This document shows, piece after piece, positions 37,201 to 44,831 of a DNA stretch of 64,000 nt. The notes under the pieces are model-generated. The model saw only the letters and a list, made by a program, of their open reading frames with translations. It had not been told where the DNA came from and searched no databases. The DNA comes from a virus (Duplodnaviria > Caudoviricetes), in the IMG/VR virus record IMGVR_UViG_3300010429_000979, positions 1 to 64,000 of that record; one strand, given 5' to 3'. Position 1 is the stretch's first letter; each line of letters begins with the position of its first letter. The position numbers and the translations under genes are program-made.

Positions 37201-39504
37201 GCCTATGATCTAAGTCAAATATCTACTTCAGGAGTTCCAGCAGATAGTATTCCATTAATTAGGAACTCCGCCAGAGGAGTTTCCTATCTCCGCAATATCA
37301 ATGATAGTGTAGGATTGGGTACCATAACTCCGCAGGCAAGGTTAGACGTTAATGGTTGGTTAAAGGTAAGGAAAGTTCCAGTAGCCTCCACAGCTGATAG
37401 TATGCTGACAATAGAGAATGGAATTTTTAAATCAATCAACTACCTTAATCTTGGTTTTGTATTTTCTAATCAACTATATAGTGCAAGATGTGCTAATGTC
37501 CCCAAGTTCTACCACAACCTCATGCATAACAAACTGTTTCGTGGTGGTGATAGGTTTTCTACTTCTTTTTCTGGTATGGGTTCAACAAGTGCAGCATACT
37601 TATTTGATGGATTCCACGAAAGATATAGTAATAATACTATTTCTGCTAATGCTACAGGAGTAATTACAACTAACTTATCCACATATTCTGAGTATAATGC
37701 CAGTAATGGTATTATTTATCCTCAAGGTAGATTTGTTATGAATTTTTATTTTCCAGATGGAGTTAATGATGTTGCTCCACAAAGAGTTAAAATAGAAATG
37801 TATAAATCAGGTGGGGTAAATCAATGGATGACAGTTGCTGACACAAATAATATCCCTGCAACTACTGCTATACTAGACCTTTGGTATTGGGGTGGTGGAA
37901 ATTATGTTACTCAAATAAAATGGACTATCTATGGTAGAACATCTGGAACTGTAAGACTTGAAGAGTTAGAATATTACCCACATAGGGATGCAGATGACTT
38001 AAATAAAACACCAACAGTAAATAAATACACCGATCAATCATTATACGGTACTTGGACATGGCGTGGAAGTTCTAATACTGCGAATACTTCTTTTGGTGCA
38101 AATCCAGGATATACAACCAACTCCTTTGTAGTGGGAAATAGCACTGGAACAGGTAGATTACATGTAAAAGGTGCAGGTAATACCTCATCTACATGGACAT
38201 CACAATTCCATAATTCAGCAGGAAATAACAATGCCTTTATGATTAGGGATGATGGTTACATAGGTATTGGTACTGCTTCTCCTACAAGTTTCTTGCACAT
38301 GATTAAAACTAATCCTGCAACAGGAAATTTTTATGGTGGGTTTATTGATATTACCTCAGCAGGAACTACAGGTGAACAATCAGGGTTATCTATAGCCATG
38401 AAAGCTGGAGCAACAGGTAATACAATTGCAACTTATGGTTTTGGTGCTTCAAATAACTCAACATCAAGTGGGAATAGCTTAACGAATGGACAAGATGGAT
38501 ATTCAATGAGAGCGGGTTATGCTAATTTAGGTGGATATGCTTATGCCATAGGAACAAACACAGGTCAGAATTATGGTGGAGAATTCTTTGCAGGAAATGC
38601 AAGTAGAAACATAGGCTCATTCAATTCTGCAACAGTAGCCAAAGCATCTGCTACTAATATTGGTACATTCTCAGTAGCCAGGAATACTAATGCTACTTCA
38701 ACTGTTCAAATAGGCGGATACTTCACATTACTTGATTCTAATGCTATGCCAACCTTTGAATCAGCAGCCTTGATAGCAGATAATGCAGGAACCACTTCAC
38801 CCATATTCTTGGCAAGGGATAGAGGAACTACAGTATTCTCAATTAATGATGGTGGAGGGGTAGTGGCTGGCGGCAAGTCAATAATTTTAGGGAATACTGG
38901 GACAACGAGATTTAACATACTTAGCTCAGGTGGTTATCCAAGACTTGAATCCACAAAAACTGATGGTACCATAACAACCCAATGGATAACAGATCCAGCA
39001 GCCGGGAGATCAATCTTTGATTACTCTTACACATTACATGGAGCCAATACTGGATTCGCTATTCGATCAACCATTAATGATGATAATGCAACGGTATTTT
39101 CCGTAAGGGATTCAGATGGTGATATGGTATTATCTAATGGCGGTTATATAAATGCTAAAGGATACCTGGTTGCAGAGAAGACTTTCACTTACGATGGCCT
39201 TAATTCAAATACGATATCTGCCAGTGCCTGTACCGTTGATTGGACTAGTGGCAACCTTCAATCAGTCACACTGAACTCGAATGTAACTTTTACCTTCACA
39301 GCCCCTACAGGACCATCACATCTAACATTGAAGATAACTCATGCTGCCAATACCACTACCTATACTACTACATGGCCTGCTTCAGTTAAATGGCCAGGAG
39401 GTACAGCCTATGCTTCCACTTCAACTTCAGGTGCAGTGGATATCATTACATTCTTTTACGATGGGACTAACTATTATGCTATGCCTTCCAACGATTTTAA
39501 ATAA
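31240..39504 (+). CDS. giant (2754 aa) tail-fibre-like protein with an N-terminal Sec signal peptide
   Basis: Fibre position; S/T/G/N-rich with internal repeats; C-terminal VDWTSGN...TWPASVKWPGG...DIITFFYDG domain typical of phage fibres; N-terminus MRKIFFLILFLVPLLSYS|Q. Confidence 0.7.
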   Translation: MRKIFFLILFLVPLLSYSQYYKVTRNLNSDAGFVGVNTNTGDGASETIMLIRDTDTMYMRMGKDSSYIFTEKPLYFFGEYLQIQQDFVLKKFASSDTMVLIVKPNGYVDTISLTNLFNSESGTGGIFISYCDGCTPDTGFIFLGDTLIIDTAGGYCESFIRNDTLFSCDTTVIGATGYWAKYDGMYLTPKQGENVVIGSSEKRPRSKLNVNGGVFVRKSVHSYGGSGDVTSSGVGSVNAADALIISRWVNGSIPWNDSLYEADASGNNIITYNEVIGPMLFFTGQIPDLKAWARWVEANSVQQFRDSTTYIYKGLTISPAKRGYTQATSYGNSGLYVDGKVWLPTVGQTIKFDSIYVQDTSGKVMTVHKSLVAQANGIDSLYIGFCNGCTPDSGWYYNGDSLIIDTVDRYCPTYYANDTLYGCDTVALSMNGYWVKAGDLLFPYQPQLAVRIGPANYMPSASLFVNSVSGTSLISQTNSSYGSSVSAQNQNTTGGAGITAGGYIGVSGGTTSNTGLGGYFTNWQPEPSRPVVEIHSNGGKGLFFNLANSGSYPISGEGILLQRGATGTNTISGTGFKIKQVNIDNPLNVTGYMSEYYKGNTRVSSVDVNGNTYARGTMKVGNMPILSGTTDTAVVWDYNDSTYKLRKVAGGTVGALTYADTLTDIATQYDLTQVISIESDPIWISDSIDYLHKSDTNTKVSSRYWVNNQGFLKVEGDASVSNEGSLNVITTNTYPSINSNTSGSTPIEIRNGPAVGLTWNNPGNYIKIDIDTTNIILSKQLASRTYQKITDTSTKDATRYWVGQQGFLVSEVDGSTSNEIQNLSYNSSTHAIDIDKAGTSAIIPLATTSNSGLLTSAQATILYSDSIKWAAKKDYGFADVTETTISFNDATHIFTLAPVSTTWTYMRAGKVYTITGSKTVNLDDSPGGLVNGSTYFIIIDNTTGTLTASTDAWTLADTKVPVATIRWHGGRYPKYFLAEERHQAGFGRMVHRNLHFTRGAQMVSGGLVADAIVSGTTNDDNTISITDATIADEDLFILATSLPDGDGAGGDYLTMYHNGGSWTWDTTDMPYKFAAGGYIYYDNGTDSVVGGNNKFYNSYLAITDWVGQGRHIIFLGRGEFNSATAAYSENPFNFDWTGIPIQEIVTIYQMTWESGNAYTTKGKVRLTRLPQRLFGTISTTVGSTPTVVANTPLYGNGSTGSPLSIDTLSGQGVATQYDLAIHTQPISRVTGLQDSLTRIHDTIDNYIPKYIVDAAGDLVVGTGNNTIKRLARGSADQVLKVNAGGTDIEWGAAAASMVYPGAGIPVSTGSAWTTSITNNSANWNTAYGWGNHASAGYDNSVTNEGSLSVGSGTGSTSVINSNTSSSTGITLTAGTGLGIAENVGAYSITLTNTSPDKTVSLTNGTAISITGTYPSFTINNSSPDQIVALTNGTGISITGTYPNFTVTNLVPDSSSKYIPKYVIDAAGDLIVGTGNNTLNRLAKGNALQILRVNSGGTALEWADVAAGGVTSVSGTSPVVSSGGNTPAISINSDTLTSWRGKQNHGETAYGWGNWAGHTQAISTVRGLQDSLTDKINSINDIGTGPGKVFHSESGGNVYLRSIYGGTGIAVVNMPNYIEVYNNGVTGLSGTSPIAVSASTGSIAVSIKADTLTSWRGKQNHGETAFGWGNHASAGYLTSQTSHTDVVVDGDFTSEGLMKRGASGGTYSIVTDNSANWNTAYGWGNWAGHTQAISTVTGLQDSLTRIHDTIDNYIPKHIIDAAGDLIVGSSNNVPVKLAKGNALQTLRVNSGGTALEWADPKQYWTLGGNVVSLDPNYELEMVNSAQGTSLVRISNDVASVEDGGHSRGLQIEIPADNTQRTFTYIRYGLYISNLAEKNHQVGIYNTSQLSPTSTNYVGYQGYIAGQNGRTMLLTGGSPTFEVSNAPYTAAKISGHLNFSYAGGGGASTFDSVWVKSTVSPYNTYLVHKSLIGTGSGLAWSDTLTKIATAYDLSQISTSGVPADSIPLIRNSARGVSYLRNINDSVGLGTITPQARLDVNGWLKVRKVPVASTADSMLTIENGIFKSINYLNLGFVFSNQLYSARCANVPKFYHNLMHNKLFRGGDRFSTSFSGMGSTSAAYLFDGFHERYSNNTISANATGVITTNLSTYSEYNASNGIIYPQGRFVMNFYFPDGVNDVAPQRVKIEMYKSGGVNQWMTVADTNNIPATTAILDLWYWGGGNYVTQIKWTIYGRTSGTVRLEELEYYPHRDADDLNKTPTVNKYTDQSLYGTWTWRGSSNTANTSFGANPGYTTNSFVVGNSTGTGRLHVKGAGNTSSTWTSQFHNSAGNNNAFMIRDDGYIGIGTASPTSFLHMIKTNPATGNFYGGFIDITSAGTTGEQSGLSIAMKAGATGNTIATYGFGASNNSTSSGNSLTNGQDGYSMRAGYANLGGYAYAIGTNTGQNYGGEFFAGNASRNIGSFNSATVAKASATNIGTFSVARNTNATSTVQIGGYFTLLDSNAMPTFESAALIADNAGTTSPIFLARDRGTTVFSINDGGGVVAGGKSIILGNTGTTRFNILSSGGYPRLESTKTDGTITTQWITDPAAGRSIFDYSYTLHGANTGFAIRSTINDDNATVFSVRDSDGDMVLSNGGYINAKGYLVAEKTFTYDGLNSNTISASACTVDWTSGNLQSVTLNSNVTFTFTAPTGPSHLTLKITHAANTTTYTTTWPASVKWPGGTAYASTSTSGAVDIITFFYDGTNYYAMPSNDFK

Positions 39505-40100
39505 TGAGATACCTACTTTCACTTCTTCTCTTTCTTAGCCTAACTGCATCTGGCCAGTTATACCAAAGTGGAAATCCCACTCAGTCAGTCGACGATGCAG
39601 GCTTCGGTCAATATGCCTGGTCAGGAAATTTCAACGATGGCTTTTATTCTGCAAATTGTACCATATCAACTGAATCATCTACATATACCCATCGGTTAAT
39701 CCTAACTCATACGGATATCGCTATTCCTGCTGGGGCTATCATAAAGGGTGTAGAAGTAACAACCTATGTCCAGGCTTTTCAGTTTGGTCACATCACTGAA
39801 AACTGTAGTGATATCTGCTGTTATAGTTACACAGTAGCCCTGACTTCTCCAGGATTCCTTACCTATAAAACTGGAGTTGGTTTTATACCAGGAGATTACA
39901 CAGAGCAGATCTACGGTGGTCCTACAGATTTATGGAGCATTTCTATGAATCACAACGACATCAACAGCGATGACTTTGGTATTTACTTTATTGCTCAGAC
40001 CAAATCATACCAAGGATTTAACGCTTCAGTAAGACTCTGGGGAGCAACGATAAAAGTATACTACGAATTACCAAAAACAAATATATTCTTTGGACGCTAA
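39504..40100 (+). CDS. secreted beta-rich accessory protein, 198 aa
   Basis: Signal peptide MRYLLSLLLFLSLTASG|Q; IPAGAIIKGVEV...YGGPTDLW motif; 1-nt overlap with the giant gene. Confidence 0.7.
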   Translation: MRYLLSLLLFLSLTASGQLYQSGNPTQSVDDAGFGQYAWSGNFNDGFYSANCTISTESSTYTHRLILTHTDIAIPAGAIIKGVEVTTYVQAFQFGHITENCSDICCYSYTVALTSPGFLTYKTGVGFIPGDYTEQIYGGPTDLWSISMNHNDINSDDFGIYFIAQTKSYQGFNASVRLWGATIKVYYELPKTNIFFGR

Positions 40101-40111
40101 TAAATAAAAAC

Positions 40112-40537
40112 ATGAAAAAGACAATCCTTATCATCATGATTATCCTCGCTGGGTTCTCAGTGAATGCCCAGTATTCAATTCAGAAAGTGACCTTGTATGA
40201 TACCACAAGAGCTGATGGTCAACGATTCATCATCTCATATCCTGAGAAGAATCTCGTAATCCATTTACAGGACAGCTGCTTGGGTACAGACTATAACCCT
40301 TTCAATGCCTGTGCTGTCCCAAGTGGTTATATCAGCCTTCAAAATTCTAGGGTCGATGTTGTTATGAAAAAGGTTAGGATCCTAGCTGGTGACACTTTAA
40401 TCAGGTATGAAACTATAACCATTCCATTGTCTCGATTAGAAAATAAGACGGGCCAATTTATAGACAACTCACTTATGAAAAAAGCCTTAAAGCCAACAGC
40501 TAAGGGATGGATAAAAAGAAAGTTAAGCGAAGAATAA
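40112..40537 (+). CDS. secreted protein, 141 aa
   Basis: Signal peptide MKKTILIIMIILAGFSVNA|Q. Confidence 0.7.
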   Translation: MKKTILIIMIILAGFSVNAQYSIQKVTLYDTTRADGQRFIISYPEKNLVIHLQDSCLGTDYNPFNACAVPSGYISLQNSRVDVVMKKVRILAGDTLIRYETITIPLSRLENKTGQFIDNSLMKKALKPTAKGWIKRKLSEE

Positions 40538-40579
40538 CCATTCTGACCGAAGACTAAATTCTTAAATCTAAAACCAACT

Positions 40580-40987
40580 ATGGATTCAACGATATCAACT
40601 GCACTGGAAAAAGTCGATAAGATCGAGGAAACATTAAAAAGCTTCCGTACCCTATTCACTGCTTTTGAACCTGGGTTTATCAAGATGGCAGATGATAACT
40701 CAAGGAAAGCTTTTGGCCTTATGACCAAAAGAGATGACTATGAAATCTATGAATTGGATATTGAGAAGGACTTCTGCACAATCCATCATGCTCACAAATT
40801 AGCCTACGAACTTCACTTAGTCATTCATGGCAAAGTTAATATCAAACAAGATGGCCATGATAACATCCTTTCAACTGGTCAATCGCTAACCACTTCCAAG
40901 GGTCTACTCCATACGTTCATTGCGTTGGAAGACACGAAAATAGTTACCATCGCAGTCCCAACCTTAAACGAAAAACATGGAGATTAA
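40580..40987 (+). CDS. cupin-fold protein
   Basis: HHAH...ELHLVIHGKV...GQS...KGLLHTFIA cupin motifs 1 and 2. Confidence 0.75.
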   Translation: MDSTISTALEKVDKIEETLKSFRTLFTAFEPGFIKMADDNSRKAFGLMTKRDDYEIYELDIEKDFCTIHHAHKLAYELHLVIHGKVNIKQDGHDNILSTGQSLTTSKGLLHTFIALEDTKIVTIAVPTLNEKHGD

Positions 40988-41204
40988 AAACAGTGAACAA
41001 GACAACTGGGCAGCACACAGACTGATGGTCTTAAAAGCCTTAGATAGTATCGAGGATCAGGTAGCAGAATTACGTAAGGATATCTCCGAAGTAAAAACTG
41101 CAGTAACCGTGATGAAAACTCAATCAGCAATGGTAGGGGTAATTATCGGTATCATCGTTTCAGCTGCTGTGACCATCTTCATTAACCTCATCGCTAAGCA
41201 TTAA
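40977..41204 (+). CDS. holin-like / XhlA-like coiled coil plus C-terminal TM protein
   Basis: Coiled coil followed by TM VGVIIGIIVSAAVTIFINLIA. Confidence 0.55.
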   Translation: MEIKNSEQDNWAAHRLMVLKALDSIEDQVAELRKDISEVKTAVTVMKTQSAMVGVIIGIIVSAAVTIFINLIAKH

Positions 41205-41246
41205 CTATTCTAGTTATTGACTATTCACTAACAAATAAATAATCCT

Positions 41247-41534
41247 ATGAAAAGATTCCTTTTTGCATTAACCTTACTCCTGTCGATCATGGTATTACCA
41301 TTGTTCACTATCGCACAGGCAGTAGTCGACACCTCCGCCATTAGCCCTGCACCATCGCAAGGGGCTTCTATATTGGATTGGATCTACTGGTCAGCAATCA
41401 TCATTGCCACTGTCATCTACCCGATTCTCGTTCGACTTATCCCCACTTCGAAGAACTGGGACTGGATCTCTGGCATTATGAGATTATTATCTTGGCTGGT
41501 ACCAAACAATAAAAAAGGCGGAGGTAAACACTAA
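41247..41534 (+). CDS. putative holin (signal peptide plus TM)
   Basis: Two hydrophobic segments, basic C-tail NKKGGGKH, directly before the endolysin. Confidence 0.55.
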   Translation: MKRFLFALTLLLSIMVLPLFTIAQAVVDTSAISPAPSQGASILDWIYWSAIIIATVIYPILVRLIPTSKNWDWISGIMRLLSWLVPNNKKGGGKH

Positions 41535-41956
41535 TGGCCGAAAGCCTAATTCTCGTCGAAAGGTTTCTCAAGAGCGATCAACAAACTCTTGGGAAACTTT
41601 CCGTTATAAATAGTGGACAAGTCACCTTCACATGCCTAACCCAAGAATTACCTTGGAAGGATAATCAACAAAGGATTTCCTGCATACCAATTGGCAATTA
41701 CAGGTATGGTAAAAACAAAGCCTCAACGAAAGTCAAATATCCTCATGTGGATATCTATGATGTCCCGAACAGGGGAGGGGTAAAGATTCATGCAGGTAAC
41801 TACGTAACACAGATCTTAGGTTGCATCGAGGTTGGGAAAGAGCATCTGGATATTAATAAGGATGGTCTCAACGATGTCACTGAAAGTAGGGTAACTCTTA
41901 AGGCATTACTAAAACATTTAACTCCAACCGGCTCAATCCAAATCAGTGAAACCTAA
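41534..41956 (+). CDS. endolysin candidate, DUF5675 (L,D-transpeptidase-like fold)
   Basis: TLGKL...CLTQELPW.DN...SCIP.G.Y...VKIHAGN...LGCIEVG. Confidence 0.8.
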   Translation: MAESLILVERFLKSDQQTLGKLSVINSGQVTFTCLTQELPWKDNQQRISCIPIGNYRYGKNKASTKVKYPHVDIYDVPNRGGVKIHAGNYVTQILGCIEVGKEHLDINKDGLNDVTESRVTLKALLKHLTPTGSIQISET

Positions 41957-42380
41957 AGACGCAATCACCATACTGAAGGGAGCACCATATATCCCTTACA
42001 TCATAATCCTGGTTCTCCTTCTCATTATTGGATTCAGAGAATCAAGTAGCACCCACTACTTCAACCAACTCATTGGAGAGAAACAGAAAGAGATCGATAG
42101 CCTATTCAATGAGAATAAGAAACTCCAAGACTCTACCCTATTCTGGGAATATCGATCAGTAGAATTCCAAGAAGGTATCATCGAAAGGGAAAAACAAATT
42201 GCACTCCTCAGAAAACAAATCTGGATAATAAATAAAAAACATGAAGCAAGTATCCATTCTCTTACTTATCTTAACGATAACGATCAGGTTAAGTTTTTCA
42301 CAAACTACGTCACCAAGTACATACAGTCAGCTGGATACTCTGGTGACAGTGAATATGAAACTAATCCGAGGGGCAAATGA
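41946..42380 (+). CDS. i-spanin-like protein
   Basis: N-terminal TM then a long coiled coil; follows the endolysin. Confidence 0.65.
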   Translation: MKPKDAITILKGAPYIPYIIILVLLLIIGFRESSSTHYFNQLIGEKQKEIDSLFNENKKLQDSTLFWEYRSVEFQEGIIEREKQIALLRKQIWIINKKHEASIHSLTYLNDNDQVKFFTNYVTKYIQSAGYSGDSEYETNPRGK

Positions 42381-42660
42381 GCTTTTCGTAAACGGGGAGA
42401 ATTACCTTGACCAACTAAATGCTTATAGGGATTTGGATTCAAACTACCAAGCTCTCACTGATGAGTATGATTCATTGGTAATTGCTAAGGACAAACAGAT
42501 AGCCTCATTAAAGGAAGAAAATAAGAATACACAAAAGGTCCTAAGCCTTTCAATGGATCAGACAGAATGCTGCAAGGACAGAACAAAGAGATTGGAAAGG
42601 GGGATGTATATTGGAGGTAGCGGATTACTGATACTATGCGTTCTCTTTGCGATATTCTAG
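42241..42660 (+). CDS. overlapping spanin-partner-like protein (signal peptide, coiled coil, C-terminal TM)
   Basis: 140-nt out-of-frame overlap with the previous gene; MKQVSILLLILTITIRLSFS|Q; no lipobox Cys. Confidence 0.55.
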   Translation: MKQVSILLLILTITIRLSFSQTTSPSTYSQLDTLVTVNMKLIRGANELFVNGENYLDQLNAYRDLDSNYQALTDEYDSLVIAKDKQIASLKEENKNTQKVLSLSMDQTECCKDRTKRLERGMYIGGSGLLILCVLFAIF

Positions 42661-42776
42661 TATAAATTTTTAATTTGCATATAAGAATATACTCAAAAGC
42701 AAATTAAGTGCACTAGATAAACCCTTAGGATGCAAGGATTTCATTTTTATTATAATAATGCAATAAGCAAAAAGCA

Positions 42777-44099
42777 ATGACTCAATTCAGGACAACAGAA
42801 TTTCAAAATTTAATCGAATCATATCCCCTGAATAGGGCTAGAGTTGCGCTATTTCCAAAGGGTAGATATCATGGATTCGATAGGATTGCTCGTAGGGCTG
42901 GGGTACCAACAGTACCAACTTCAATCCTGATTGATCTCAATCACAGTGGCAGTCCTTTCTATCCTGTCCTTGAAACGAATACTCCAGGCCCTGCAACTGG
43001 CGTAGTGGTAGCTCCAGTGGGGGCTCTACTTATGTCAGATGATGCATATCAGTTCGAGATTGATGAGAACACAGATGGACAAGGAAGAACTCGATACGAT
43101 ACAATTTATGTATCATACAGCTGGGAACAAATCGAAGATGGTGCTCCTTTCTCAGTAGAGATGATTAAGGGATCTCCCGGATCAGTATTCCCCGCAGTAT
43201 CAGATCCAAACACAGATCTGATAGTTGGAGTTATCTCAGTCCCCTCTTTACCTACTGGTACTCTAACATTTGAAGATCTCACATATACTGAGACTGTAAT
43301 ACCAGGAGTTGGTTATCAGGACCCCAATAACTACGTCCCAGATTCTGGTGGTACATTCAATGGCCCGATCACTATGCAGGATATGCTTACCCTGTATGGT
43401 TACTTTAAAACCTATCCCGATACCGCAGTCATCGATGGGACTATCATACAGTGTAATGATAATGGCTTCTATCATGTTGTAGACCTTAACAACATGGCAA
43501 CAGTCCTTGATCAAGTCCAACATAATACAGATGAGATTACATTGGGAACTGTGTTATGGATCAAGTTCAATAACGTTGGTGCTGGCTCTTACCTAAAGAA
43601 TCAGTATCCAGCAACAATCAACTGTATCGTTAATCCTTCAACCACCCACTTGTATCTCGAATCGGGTTGTATTGTTGGGTTTATCAAAACGAACTCAGCC
43701 ACTGCAAACCATGTATGGCAAGTCCTTACGATCATGAAAAAGGATTTCGTACATAACTTCTATAACATCACACCTACCGCAGCTTGGACCCAAGACTTTC
43801 CAAGAGCTGCTGCCTCTGTTAATACCCAGAACAATACCGTTATCTTGAAAGGCCACTTATCAAAGGCTTCACCATCTACGGTAACTGGTATTGCAATCCA
43901 GGTTGGAGAACTGCCAAACGCCAATCTCTATCCACAATATCCAATCTTCTTCCCTGTACCGGTAAATGAAAGTGGGGACATGGGAACTATAGAGATACTG
44001 GCTAACGGTACGATTAACCTCTATGCAACTGGGTCATACCAAATGACAATAACGATGGTATCATTCGATGGGATTTCCTATCAAACGAAAGAATGGTAA
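42777..44099 (+). CDS. putative tail / fibre-associated structural protein, 440 aa
   Basis: C-terminal VILKG...GELP...P...F.V...IEILANG.I...VSFDGISY domain typical of phage tail proteins. Confidence 0.55.
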   Translation: MTQFRTTEFQNLIESYPLNRARVALFPKGRYHGFDRIARRAGVPTVPTSILIDLNHSGSPFYPVLETNTPGPATGVVVAPVGALLMSDDAYQFEIDENTDGQGRTRYDTIYVSYSWEQIEDGAPFSVEMIKGSPGSVFPAVSDPNTDLIVGVISVPSLPTGTLTFEDLTYTETVIPGVGYQDPNNYVPDSGGTFNGPITMQDMLTLYGYFKTYPDTAVIDGTIIQCNDNGFYHVVDLNNMATVLDQVQHNTDEITLGTVLWIKFNNVGAGSYLKNQYPATINCIVNPSTTHLYLESGCIVGFIKTNSATANHVWQVLTIMKKDFVHNFYNITPTAAWTQDFPRAAASVNTQNNTVILKGHLSKASPSTVTGIAIQVGELPNANLYPQYPIFFPVPVNESGDMGTIEILANGTINLYATGSYQMTITMVSFDGISYQTKEW

Positions 44100-44725
44100 G
44101 TTAGGAAATAAGATTTTGCTTCTTCGATTGCTTCCTTGATTTCCCGGCGGGCTCTGGATATATAATCCAGGGCCCTTTTCGTTTGATCTATCCCCAGAAA
44201 TTCAAGGATGATATGAGAAGGGATATGAGAATTGCTAGAAGGCAATTTATCAAGGATATAAAGGGGAGGGTGTAATTCAATTTCAAAGATTTGATAGGCC
44301 TCTTCACTAATCCTTTTCTTAATAAATTCTAAGGCAAGGTTAAGGAAGATCTCCTTCTCATCCAATTCTGTTTGATCCGGGATGATATTAACTAGCGGGT
44401 ATTCATCGATGCTAATATTATTAGCATATAACTCTACGTACTCGGCAGTGTATGCCTTTCTGAGAATCCTATTTTTAAAGTTTTGCAGGGAATTAATAAT
44501 GTGGCCAAGCAATACTTTTTCATCAACCTTATCGTGATACTTATTAAATGCATAAATAAATTTATCATCGAACCATGAAAGCACTTGATCCTTTGTTACA
44601 CCATATCTCCGATGATCGATATGATAAGTTAAACTCTTTCTTAGGTTTTCTGTCCTTTTGTAAAGGTCATTGAATAATGCACGGTCATAGTTGTCAGACA
44701 TAGGTTTAAGTCGGTGTAATTCCAT
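44081..44725 (-). CDS. phage-encoded sigma70/ECF-like transcription factor (inferred)
   Basis: 214 aa helical; region 2-like segment (QVLSWFDDKFIYAFNKY...HIINSLQNFKNRILRK) and region 4-like HTH C-terminus; divergent from dnaB. Confidence 0.55.
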   Translation of the reverse strand: MELHRLKPMSDNYDRALFNDLYKRTENLRKSLTYHIDHRRYGVTKDQVLSWFDDKFIYAFNKYHDKVDEKVLLGHIINSLQNFKNRILRKAYTAEYVELYANNISIDEYPLVNIIPDQTELDEKEIFLNLALEFIKKRISEEAYQIFEIELHPPLYILDKLPSSNSHIPSHIILEFLGIDQTKRALDYISRARREIKEAIEEAKSYFLTYHSFV

Positions 44726-44766
44726 GTAGCTAAGGGTTAGGGGTTATTACTTAAAATAATAATATG

Positions 44767-44810
44767 CAAATATAATACAATGTTAACTAATATGTATCAC
44801 TTGTTAATAA
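44767..44810 (-). promoter_or_regulatory. Bacteroidota-type promoter for the sigma-like gene
   Basis: Minus strand TTATTAACAA-N26-TATATTTG(CA), about 40 nt before the ATG at 44725. Confidence 0.6.
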
Positions 44811-44831
44811 ATATTTTTTAGGGATATAGCG

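Noticed and set aside
39200-39504. T9SS C-terminal sorting domain on the giant protein
   Set aside because: The C-terminus matches a phage fibre WPASVKWPGG-type domain, not the typical CTD pattern
31240-44099. Diversity-generating retroelement targeting the fibre
   Set aside because: No reverse transcriptase and no near-identical TR/VR pair differing at adenines seen in the window
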